DNA of 61,891 bases, the filler included. It is 3 parts of 3 records of this genome, joined end to end, with 100 filler letters (N's around TTAATTAATTAA, not from the genome) between each part and the next. Parts side by side here need not be neighbours in the genome. Positions count along the whole stretch, not along the records: positions 31,170 to 50,784 come from SRR31156797_2159; 2 more parts are not named here. The stretch is one strand, 5' to 3'. This document shows, in pieces, positions 40,458-48,653 of the stretch. The position numbers and the translations under genes were made by a program. The first letter of the stretch is position 1; every line of letters starts with the position of its first letter. The notes under the pieces were generated by a model that was given only the letters and a program-made list of their open reading frames with translations, was not told where the DNA came from and ran no database searches.

Positions 40458-41006
40458 TTAATTTCCGTTTGGAATTATCTTGCTCCAATAACATATGATG
40501 AAGCTGATGCAAAGCGTTGGCATCAGGTTTGTATGGGGAACATATTGACCGACCCGTGATACCGCCTTCTTCGCCAGGTTCACGATATATAATTCATCCG
40601 GTTCGAATATGAATCCTTTGGCGTCATATCCCTCTTCCCCATCAGGCTTGGACAACAGGGCGGCGGAAGACGGCTCGTCAAGGGTGCCGTCATCCTGACT
40701 TGCCTGCAGGGGATGATTGTGATACGGCATTTGGAAGTCCCTCACGTCAATCGCTTCAACGCCGAACTTGCTACCTTGAGGATGAGGGCTTAATCCGGGC
40801 CCCTGCCCGGCATGAACGGGAATTCTGCCTCGAAAGTCAGGCAATTTAAAGGTTTTTATTCCGTCTCCGCCATAGAGGTTCCCCAAGAGTGAAAAAAGAG
40901 GCTGGTAATCGGCTATGGCTAATTCCTGACCGTCACAAAAGGCCCAGTTTCTCGGGGCAAAAGGGCCCGCAAACATACGGATTTCTCCAAGAAAAGGATC
41001 ACTCAT
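40458..41006 (-). CDS. Phage tail-collar domain protein 2
   Basis: MSDPFLGEIR, WAFCDGQ, YGGDG, LPDFRGR, MPYHNH, HTNLMP. Confidence 0.9.
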   Translation of the reverse strand: MSDPFLGEIRMFAGPFAPRNWAFCDGQELAIADYQPLFSLLGNLYGGDGIKTFKLPDFRGRIPVHAGQGPGLSPHPQGSKFGVEAIDVRDFQMPYHNHPLQASQDDGTLDEPSSAALLSKPDGEEGYDAKGFIFEPDELYIVNLAKKAVSRVGQYVPHTNLMPTLCISFIICYWSKIIPNGN

Positions 41007-41544
41007 TGTTTTGCCTCCTTTCTTTGCGGGTGGGGTACACCCCATCAAGGGCGATAATGAACAGGATCACCAGAGAGGGTTGCATGTTTTCATGGCCTAG
41101 CGATCCGCCTGTGCCGGTACAGGTATCGGGATTCAGTTGCGTTAAATTTGTCGGGTCATTATAGACATTGGCCGGTTTACCGGTTTTTTTCCATATGGCC
41201 TTTGCATAAGTTTTTCCAGAGAAACGCCCTTTGGTGCCTTCACTGGTGGTACCCATGAACGGATGCGTATGCCGGGGGAGCTCCGAAGCGCTGAGGGTGA
41301 CCAATTCGGCTCCCCCCTGTTTTCCCTGCCGGGGTACGTCATGGCCGGGGTGGACCGGGACCCGGCCGCGAAGATCCGGAAGCCCGAAAGTGTATACCCC
41401 GTCTCCTCCGAATTGGGTGCCCAGCACTGAATACAACACCTCATGATCGCGCATATACATTAGTCCGCCATCGCATTTGGCCCATTTTCGGGGCGCAAAC
41501 GTAAATCCCGCCATTCTGATTTCTCCCATAAAAGGTTCCGCCAT
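40999..41544 (-). CDS. Phage tail-collar domain protein 1
   Basis: MAEPFMGEIR, WAKCDG, FGGDG, LPDLRGR, LPRHTH, HENMQP. Confidence 0.9.
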   Translation of the reverse strand: MAEPFMGEIRMAGFTFAPRKWAKCDGGLMYMRDHEVLYSVLGTQFGGDGVYTFGLPDLRGRVPVHPGHDVPRQGKQGGAELVTLSASELPRHTHPFMGTTSEGTKGRFSGKTYAKAIWKKTGKPANVYNDPTNLTQLNPDTCTGTGGSLGHENMQPSLVILFIIALDGVYPTRKERRQNNE

Positions 41545-41620
41545 TTTGGCACCTCCTTATCTTAAGGGTTGAAAAAGACCGTTTAAAGGGTGGGTTTGCC
41601 GCATTTGCTGCAATCCCCTA

Positions 41621-41950
41621 TTATTCTTTCAGACGGTTGATGATGGCCTCATACTGGTAACCGGTATCGTTCTTGCCCACCGGCACGATGAAAAGTTCGA
41701 AATCGCCCATCTTGCCATGGGTGAATTTGTGGATCTGCTGATCCAAGAAGAGATCCCCCGCACCCTGGAACAGGAGAGAAAACCCTTCGGTGGCATCGGT
41801 CTCCTTCTTCACGGCCTCCACCAGTTCCACCTCGGTTTCCGTTGGACCGATATCCTCCTCTTCCAGGTCTTCCATGGCTTCGCCGAATCTGATTTTGAAG
41901 CGGGAATTGAGATGTTCGGCAAACGTGTCATAGGTTATCTTTTCGGACAT
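41621..41950 (-). CDS. DUF6916-like protein
   Basis: TFAEHLNSRF, FSLLFQG, DQQIH, LFIVPVG, YEAIIN pattern. Confidence 0.75.
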   Translation of the reverse strand: MSEKITYDTFAEHLNSRFKIRFGEAMEDLEEEDIGPTETEVELVEAVKKETDATEGFSLLFQGAGDLFLDQQIHKFTHGKMGDFELFIVPVGKNDTGYQYEAIINRLKE

Positions 41951-41977
41951 GCCTTTCTCCTTTCTGCTCTTTGCATT

Positions 41978-42481
41978 TTAGGGTTTGTGATCGCCTACCG
42001 GCGCCTCCTCAGACTGCCACTCCATATATTGATAGGCCCCTTCCGTTTTCAGGACCTTGAATCCCAAACGCCGATACAGACGCAAAGCCGGATTGTTCGG
42101 CTCCACATGGAGACTGACCCGAGCCCCTTTCCGGCGCCCCTCTTCAAGCAGTTCCCTTACCAGGCAGGTGCCGATCCCTTGGTTGCGGTGCTCCCGCAGC
42201 AAGGTGATGTCCATCAATCGGATGTGGTGGTCCTGGCGGTGGACGTAGATCCGGCCGATCTTCGTATCTTCCAGACGGATGAGATGGAAATCCCCTCCCT
42301 CGTAGTGTGTTTGATAATGATGATGCTGAAGTTGGAACTGCCATTTTAGAAAGCGGATCTTCTCCTCTTCGCTCCAGGGGTAATGGATCATTTCAAAATC
42401 CCGGGAAACGCAGTAGATCCGCCGCAGGAAGTCCATGTGCCCGGGCTTGATCGGTTCCAGATGGATTCGGGAGCGGTCCAT
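41978..42481 (-). CDS. GNAT N-acetyltransferase
   Basis: QFQLQHHHY, DITLLREHRNQGIGT, LHVEPNNPALRLYRRLGF; start could be GTG 42499. Confidence 0.88.
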   Translation of the reverse strand: MDRSRIHLEPIKPGHMDFLRRIYCVSRDFEMIHYPWSEEEKIRFLKWQFQLQHHHYQTHYEGGDFHLIRLEDTKIGRIYVHRQDHHIRLMDITLLREHRNQGIGTCLVRELLEEGRRKGARVSLHVEPNNPALRLYRRLGFKVLKTEGAYQYMEWQSEEAPVGDHKP

Positions 42482-42833
42482 GGTTTTAGCTGCTCTCACC
42501 TCCTTTCAGTCTTGCCTCGGAAAGAAGTTCCGGGGTCCCTTTCTATAATCCTGATCCGCGGGTACGGACCCTTAATAAACGGCTTAGCGTGAAAATGGTG
42601 AAGAGGTTTCGTGCTTTTCAGATGAGAACGAGGAGAGGTGTCATGTTCGGACCCTTCCCCGTGGTGGAAAGGCCCTTCAGAATACCAGCAGCAGCAGAGT
42701 TCAACGGAGAATCAACATATTATACTTAATTAGACACTCTAACATAAAAATCAAGAATAAATGAGAATATTTATTTTTTATAGATAACATGCTTAGATGG
42801 CGACTGAACCGACCTCATCCTGGTAAGACGCGA

Positions 42834-44588
42834 TCACGAATCCACCGATTTGCCAGTTACTTCAGTAATCAATCCTTTATCAAGTGTTACGACCTTGTCA
42901 GCCATCAGGAGGGTGGATGACCGGTGGGCGATCACCACAATGGTGATCTCTCCATTGAGCCCGTTTATGGCCTTTTGTATTTGGCGTTCGCTTTCAGAGT
43001 CCACCGAACTTGTGGCCTCATCCAGCAGCAGCAAATCGGGTTTGCGCAGCAAAGCCCTCGCCAGCGCAATCCTCTGCCGCTCGCCGCCGGAAACCCGTAC
43101 CCCCCGATCTCCCACCACCGTGTCCAGCCCATCGGGCATACGGGATACAAACCCATCGGCCGCGGCCGAACGAAGGGCGGACCAGAGTTCCGAATCCGTG
43201 GCGCCGGGCAAAGCCCAGCGCAGGTTGGCCCGAATGGTATCGTGAAAAAGAAAGCTCTCCTGGGGTACATACCCCACCGATCGCCTCCATCGGTGCAGCA
43301 GCGATCCGCTCAGGGGTTGATCATCGATCCTTACCTCCCCCTTTTCAGGGAAAAGCAACCCTAATATCAGATCGGCCAAGGTGCTTTTTCCGGCTCCCGA
43401 TGGCCCGACAACGGCCGTTATGCCTCGGGCCGGAATCGTCACATCCACATCCCGCAGGGCCCAGACCTCCCTTCGGTCTTCATAGCGAAACGACACATGA
43501 AACAACCGGATTTCCCTCCTTATCCGCATGGGGTTCGTGGCGCCTTTAACGGGCTCTTTCATCGATTCAAACCGTTTTTTCATCTCAAGGGCCGCCTCAA
43601 AGGAAGGGAGGGCGTTTGCGATCCGCTGAAAGCATTGCTGGAGCATGGAAAACCGGGGCAGAAGGCGGGCGAAAAGAAAAACAATGATGAGTAAACCGGC
43701 AGCCGGTATATGTGCCACTTCCACCGCCACGAAAAAGAATGCCGCAAGGGCCGCGGCCGCCCCGATTTCGTAGTACATGCGCGTGGCCGAATTAATCCTG
43801 GTAAAACGGACCATCTGGCCTGTAACGCCGCCGGTGATGCTTTTAAAATTTTTCTCGTGGACATCCTCCAGGCTGAAGCTTTTGGCTATTTTAATGCCGC
43901 CCAGATGCTCCGTAACGGCCGAATACATGTCATTCATGGAACTCCGAAATGCCTTTCCCGCACCGTGAGCCCGACGATTGTGAGGTCGCAGCATCAGAAG
44001 GAACGCGCCGCCGCAGATCAATGCAAAGAGCGTCATGGGAACTGAAATCATGAATGCCACGGCGATATGAACCCCTACAATGACGATGGTTCCGGTCAAC
44101 TGGAGCAATTGCTGGGTTGCAAAACCCACCCGCTGAATATCCGCCGTCAGAACATGGGTCACGTCCGATGCCTTTGTCTTCAGAAAACAGAGCCACTGAG
44201 CACTGCAAAGGCCGTGGTAAAGGCTATTGCGCAGTGATTCGGTAAACTTATAGATAATGCGCGAGTTGAGGACTTCCCGGTATCGGGTGACCGCGGCATG
44301 GATTGCCACAATGCCCACGTATACGCACAGGATGGATGGAAGGGTCAGCGGCAGGCCGAGCCATATGAAAAGTTTACCCACATGATTTGTAAGTCCCATC
44401 GGACCGACCAGACCGATTACGCTCAAAAAGGGGATGAGCATCAGAAGCCCCACCCCTTGGGTCAATCCCAAAAGCACCATCAGGGCAAGGGAAAGCCATG
44501 CCCTGAAACCCGAATACTCAAGCAGTGTTCTCATATAGGGAAATACCGCGCCCTGTCCGAAGTTTTTCCCCAAGAGTTTCCTATTCAT
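42834..44588 (-). CDS. ABC exporter, fused permease/ATPase (lasso D protein)
   Basis: Six TM segments, GPSGAGKST, VSGGERQR, LLLDEAT, IAHR. Confidence 0.92.
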   Translation of the reverse strand: MNRKLLGKNFGQGAVFPYMRTLLEYSGFRAWLSLALMVLLGLTQGVGLLMLIPFLSVIGLVGPMGLTNHVGKLFIWLGLPLTLPSILCVYVGIVAIHAAVTRYREVLNSRIIYKFTESLRNSLYHGLCSAQWLCFLKTKASDVTHVLTADIQRVGFATQQLLQLTGTIVIVGVHIAVAFMISVPMTLFALICGGAFLLMLRPHNRRAHGAGKAFRSSMNDMYSAVTEHLGGIKIAKSFSLEDVHEKNFKSITGGVTGQMVRFTRINSATRMYYEIGAAAALAAFFFVAVEVAHIPAAGLLIIVFLFARLLPRFSMLQQCFQRIANALPSFEAALEMKKRFESMKEPVKGATNPMRIRREIRLFHVSFRYEDRREVWALRDVDVTIPARGITAVVGPSGAGKSTLADLILGLLFPEKGEVRIDDQPLSGSLLHRWRRSVGYVPQESFLFHDTIRANLRWALPGATDSELWSALRSAAADGFVSRMPDGLDTVVGDRGVRVSGGERQRIALARALLRKPDLLLLDEATSSVDSESERQIQKAINGLNGEITIVVIAHRSSTLLMADKVVTLDKGLITEVTGKSVDS

Positions 44589-44615
44589 GGCCCATGGGCC
44601 TTTCCACGTAAATCT

Positions 44616-45137
44616 TCATTTCCGGTACCAGGAGATCGGCAACCTTGTTGTTTGTGAGATCCCTTTCAAAAATCGGTCCCCAAAGGTGGCTATCACCGTG
44701 AATTGGCGGTGGCCTGGAGCACCCGTCAGGACCGTGTCGCCACAGCGAATCCAGGCGTGGGCGCTCAGGCCGTTCGACCCTTCTTTTGAAAGGCCCAGAT
44801 AGAGAGTACTTGGTATATCACGGCGCTTGAGCATTATTTTGGCGGTCATGGCCCGGGCCAGGCATTTGCTTTCCCAGGGGGTATAACGGCCCGCTGCCTG
44901 AACCGCCCAGGAAATAATGCGTGCCAATCGGTTACATTCGGAAGCCTCTTGGGGTGTTTTATGAAGGCCGTGCCCCAGAAAGGGAGCGATTCGGCGAAAG
45001 GGCACCAGCAGAATCGCCAGTCGGGAGATTCCTAGGCAGAAAAAGGCTTCCAAAAACAACCGCTGCTCCGTGGCTGATCGCGAGTGGAACTTTGTCCAAA
45101 CAGTCCATAAACCATGAAAAGTATTCTCTTTGGTCAT
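44616..45137 (-). CDS. Lasso peptide leader peptidase (B2, transglutaminase-like)
   Basis: PWESKCLARA (catalytic Cys), LYLG, LSAHAW (His); start placed at ATG 45137. Confidence 0.88.
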   Translation of the reverse strand: MTKENTFHGLWTVWTKFHSRSATEQRLFLEAFFCLGISRLAILLVPFRRIAPFLGHGLHKTPQEASECNRLARIISWAVQAAGRYTPWESKCLARAMTAKIMLKRRDIPSTLYLGLSKEGSNGLSAHAWIRCGDTVLTGAPGHRQFTVIATFGDRFLKGISQTTRLPISWYRK

Positions 45138-45158
45138 CTTGGCCTGAACTATTTTAAA

Positions 45159-45197
45159 GTCATGAGCGACGCTCTTTACATCCCTACATTTCGCATC
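45159..45197 (+). repeat. Direct repeat copy 1 (34/39 identical to 46703-46741)
   Basis: GTCATGAGCGACGCTCTTTACATCCCTACATTTCGCATC. Confidence 0.75.
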
Positions 45198-45414
45198 AAA
45201 CTCAAGTTTGAAAGATAGCACCTTCATTACCGGGTCTTCAAACTTCAGCCAGAATAAAAAACAAGACGGCAAATCATCAAGGAAAAGAGTGATTGCCAAT
45301 ACCGGGTTCGTCCGATTCATTTGTGGCCCAACGGCCGGTTATTTCGTGAAGATTCTCCGCCGCCGAACTACAAATGAATCCAAGTCAGTGCTATAAATTC
45401 GGCTTTACCAAGCT

Positions 45415-45915
45415 TTATCCCAGTATAACCGGCGTATACTGCCCGTTTATATTTATCAACGCCATGGGCAGGAATATCAGGGTCGACCCAATGGACATTC
45501 TTTCGCTTGCCTCCTCCTTGTTTCCCATCACAGACACGAGCAGGTACTCATAATGTATTTCACGTATGGACTCTACCAGGCCGGCAATCTGCTGGAGGTT
45601 GTCATACTCTGTACCGGCGCCGTTGTTTTTAAGGAAGGCATCCAGCTCGCCTGTGGGACAATGACGGCACGTAAAATTATGAGAGGTCGCAATAAGGATA
45701 TAGTCCTGGTTTCCGTCATACTTCTTGACGGCAGACGGTACGGTGTTCACGGAATCAGACGCCACATTGGCGACAACTTTCAGGTCCTTGCGATCTACGA
45801 TTACCATCCAGTAATAGGGATTACCCGGCAGACCCACATCTTTCAGGTCGTAACGGGCTGTGCCGATTCCGATAGCCTCATTAAAAACGCTTAACGGCAG
45901 TTTTTCATAACTCAT
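45415..45915 (-). CDS. Hypothetical protein
   Basis: 166-aa ORF with AAGGAG RBS; no family recognised. Confidence 0.7.
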   Translation of the reverse strand: MSYEKLPLSVFNEAIGIGTARYDLKDVGLPGNPYYWMVIVDRKDLKVVANVASDSVNTVPSAVKKYDGNQDYILIATSHNFTCRHCPTGELDAFLKNNGAGTEYDNLQQIAGLVESIREIHYEYLLVSVMGNKEEASERMSIGSTLIFLPMALININGQYTPVILG

Positions 45916-46057
45916 TTCCGGCTCCTTTCATCTTTTAAGTTATCGGTTAAATTGCCGTGCTGTCTTCTGCCTGCGACTCTCTCCGTATGGCTCTCACAGG
46001 CACCTGCGGTTACTTCACTTAAATTATGCCAAAGCACGCGTGCTTTCAGGAAAAGGT

Positions 46058-46570
46058 CTAAAAGTCCAGGGGACTTTCCGCCTCTTTCGCCGTTTTGCTG
46101 GGTACCCAGTGGGTATAGATCATTGTCGTTCTCACATGGGCATAACCTGACATTCTTTGAATCGTTCGGATATCGTGGCCCGACGCAAGCAAATGCGTAG
46201 AAAAAGAATGCCGGAATTTGCGGCAAGCGGCATGTTTTATCACTCGTCCATTCCGCACGGATTCCTTCACGGCGTGTTGAAAAATTGTCTCATGGAGATG
46301 ATGCCGACTCTCCCTCTTCGCCGGTTTCTTATTTTTTAACGATTCTCTTGTGGAAACACCCATTGAAATCTCCGGTCCGCGCATACGTCGGGGTATTTGC
46401 GATCGAGGGCACCCGGGCATTTGGACACCCCCCAACCATCATTGGGATCTTTCTCGCGAATTGTTCTGACCTTTTTCGAATGGTCCTGAAGTGGGATTTT
46501 GAGGGAGACGGGAAGCTTCGGTTTGGCAGTGGCTGCCGATAATGGGTGCGATGATTCCCGGCCGGACATT
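46058..46570 (-). pseudogene. Degenerate integron integrase (IntI-like tyrosine recombinase)
   Basis: ALDRKYP...QWVFPQENR in one frame; RHHLHE...[20 protein letters not shown]...TTMIYTH in another; N-terminus missing. Confidence 0.85.
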
Positions 46571-46702
46571 CCTGTTGTCCCCGCTGTTGAAGGTTACGGT
46601 CTACACTGCGGAATAAGGCGGATTTAAAAGAATCACTACTCCCCAATAGATGAAAACTTTCTGAATGTCAAGCTGAATATACCATTAATAGTGAATTCCT
46701 GG

Positions 46703-46787
46703 GTCATAAGGGACGCTCTTTATATCTTTACATTTCGCATCCAAAAAACCCTCAATGGGAATCGTTTTCCATGAAATGTAAAGATAT
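46703..46787. repeat. Direct repeat copy 2, with a 15-bp internal inverted repeat (REP/MITE-like)
   Basis: GTCATAAGGGACGCTCTTTATATCTTTACATTTCGCATC; ATATCTTTACATTTC (46722-46736) / GAAATGTAAAGATAT (46773-46787). Confidence 0.7.
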
Positions 46788-46818
46788 GGGATCTCCCCTT
46801 ACTCGTGAGAGTGTAAGT

Positions 46819-48558
46819 TTAAATGGATGTGTTACGATCCCCTCTTAACTCCTGCCGCTTTTCCCCAGTTTCCGCGGCATCGACTACGCCCGTTTCGGGA
46901 TGGATGATCACACCGTAACTGTTTTCAGCCGCTTCCATACTCACATACCCTTCCCGGACGTCCGCTTCAACCCGCTCCGGGTCCCGTTCCAGGGGATCGC
47001 CGTACCCCCCGCCGCCGGCAGCATCCATGGTGACCACATCCCCCGGCATCAGCTGGCTGAGGCCGTAGGGGTTGCCGGGGTTCCCGTTTACGAGGAAGGC
47101 CGCTTTGGCGCCCTCGCCGCCTCCGAAGAGCCCTTCGGGGGCATACCGGTGCCGTCCCGACTGAATCCCCAGGTTGACGGGCGGAAGGGGTGCGTATGCA
47201 TCGTCCGGGATTCTCAAAATCATGCGCCGACCCAGGCCCCCCTTCATGCGGCCGATGCCGCCGGAGTCGGTCAGCAGCGCCCGTTTTTCCACGATGAGGG
47301 GGGTGTCGCTCTCTAAAATCTCCACCGGGGTGTTGGCACCGTTGGCGGGAAAAATAAATACGTAATTACCGTCCCCCCGGGAGCTTGCCCCCATGCCGCC
47401 GCCCCGGATCCGCACCGAGTGCCAGGGCCGTCCGTCACCGTGTTTGCCGTAGAGCACATTCATATTGGCGGGGGTCCCGCCGCTCCCGGCGATGACCCGG
47501 TCCGGCAGTACATCGGCCATGGCCCGGTAGATAATCTCCGTTATGAAGTGGCCGATCTGCATGCGGGCCGCAACGGCCGCCGGAAATTTGCAGTTGACCA
47601 CGCTCCCCAGGGGCGCCTCCATACTGATGGGGGCGGTGCAGCCGTCATTGTTGGGGATATCCGGGTCGAACATGCTTTTCATGGCCATGAACACATAGGC
47701 GTAGGTAAAATTGAAGACCACATTGCCGCCCCAGTCCACCTGGGGGGAAGAGCCGGCCAGATCCACCATGATATGGCTCCCTTTCACATGCACGGCCGCC
47801 TTGATGACGATATCGTCCTTCCCTTCCATCTGCTCAATAATCCCTTCCGAAGTATATACCCCGTCAGGGACTTTCAAGATGGCTTCCCGCATGCTCTTTT
47901 CCGTGCGGTCGATGATTTCATCGGCCAGATCATCCAGTCCATTAAGCCGGTATTCATCCAGCATCTGGGAGATTTTCTCCCCACACACATGGTTGGCGGC
48001 GATCTGGCTCCGGATGTCCCCGATCACCTCGTCCGGGGTCCGCACATTCCACTTGATCATTTCCACCACCGATTCATTGATCAGGTCCCGGTCGTAGAGC
48101 TTCACCAGGGGGATAAAAAGACCATCCTCATAAACATCATGGTTGTCGGAGGAGACCCTGCCGCCGATGTCCGAATGGTGAAAAACACAGGCGGTAAAAG
48201 CGGTCAGTTTACCGTTATGAAAGATGGGGCTGAAGACGCACACATCATTTAGATGGCCCGCGAGAGCCCAGGGGTCGTTTGTGATATAAACATCCCCTTC
48301 ATGGTAGCTCTCCTCCGGAATCCGGGTCACCAGTTTTTTGATGCCCAACGCCATGGCGCCGGACTGTCCGGGGGTGGCAAAGGAGCCTTGTGCCAGCTCA
48401 CGTCCTTTGCGGTCCGTAAACATGCAGGTATAGTCGTGGGCGTCCCTCAGCAGGCTCGAAAAAGCCGTGCGCGAAACAGCGGTGTCCGCTTCATCCACAA
48501 TGGATATGAGCCTCCGCCAGAGTATTTCGATGGTGATGGGATCAAAATGTTGACCCAT
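46819..48558 (-). CDS. Hydantoinase B/oxoprolinase family protein
   Basis: DPITIEIL, TNDPWALAGHLND, HHSDIGG, DSGGIG, GGGGYGDP. Confidence 0.92.
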   Translation of the reverse strand: MGQHFDPITIEILWRRLISIVDEADTAVSRTAFSSLLRDAHDYTCMFTDRKGRELAQGSFATPGQSGAMALGIKKLVTRIPEESYHEGDVYITNDPWALAGHLNDVCVFSPIFHNGKLTAFTACVFHHSDIGGRVSSDNHDVYEDGLFIPLVKLYDRDLINESVVEMIKWNVRTPDEVIGDIRSQIAANHVCGEKISQMLDEYRLNGLDDLADEIIDRTEKSMREAILKVPDGVYTSEGIIEQMEGKDDIVIKAAVHVKGSHIMVDLAGSSPQVDWGGNVVFNFTYAYVFMAMKSMFDPDIPNNDGCTAPISMEAPLGSVVNCKFPAAVAARMQIGHFITEIIYRAMADVLPDRVIAGSGGTPANMNVLYGKHGDGRPWHSVRIRGGGMGASSRGDGNYVFIFPANGANTPVEILESDTPLIVEKRALLTDSGGIGRMKGGLGRRMILRIPDDAYAPLPPVNLGIQSGRHRYAPEGLFGGGEGAKAAFLVNGNPGNPYGLSQLMPGDVVTMDAAGGGGYGDPLERDPERVEADVREGYVSMEAAENSYGVIIHPETGVVDAAETGEKRQELRGDRNTSI

Positions 48559-48653
48559 GGTCTCCTCCGTTTTTCAAAGGGGGCAGTTGTCAGGGGGCAG
48601 GGGGCAGAAAAATCAGCTTCAAGTTTCATCCTGCCCCCTGCACCCTCTAATAA

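Noticed and set aside
39886-41544. Prophage, tailocin or eCIS suggested by the tail-collar genes
   Set aside because: No sheath, tube, baseplate, capsid, terminase or lysis genes on this contig
42500-42830. Riboswitch in the leader of the GNAT-collar arm
   Set aside because: One GC hairpin (about 42648-42675) but no recognisable aptamer consensus
45300-46060. attC/attI sites or a cassette array near the integrase relic
   Set aside because: No convincing RYYYAAC...GTTRRRY paired structure found by eye, and the neighbouring gene is downstream of and co-oriented with intI, unlike a typical array
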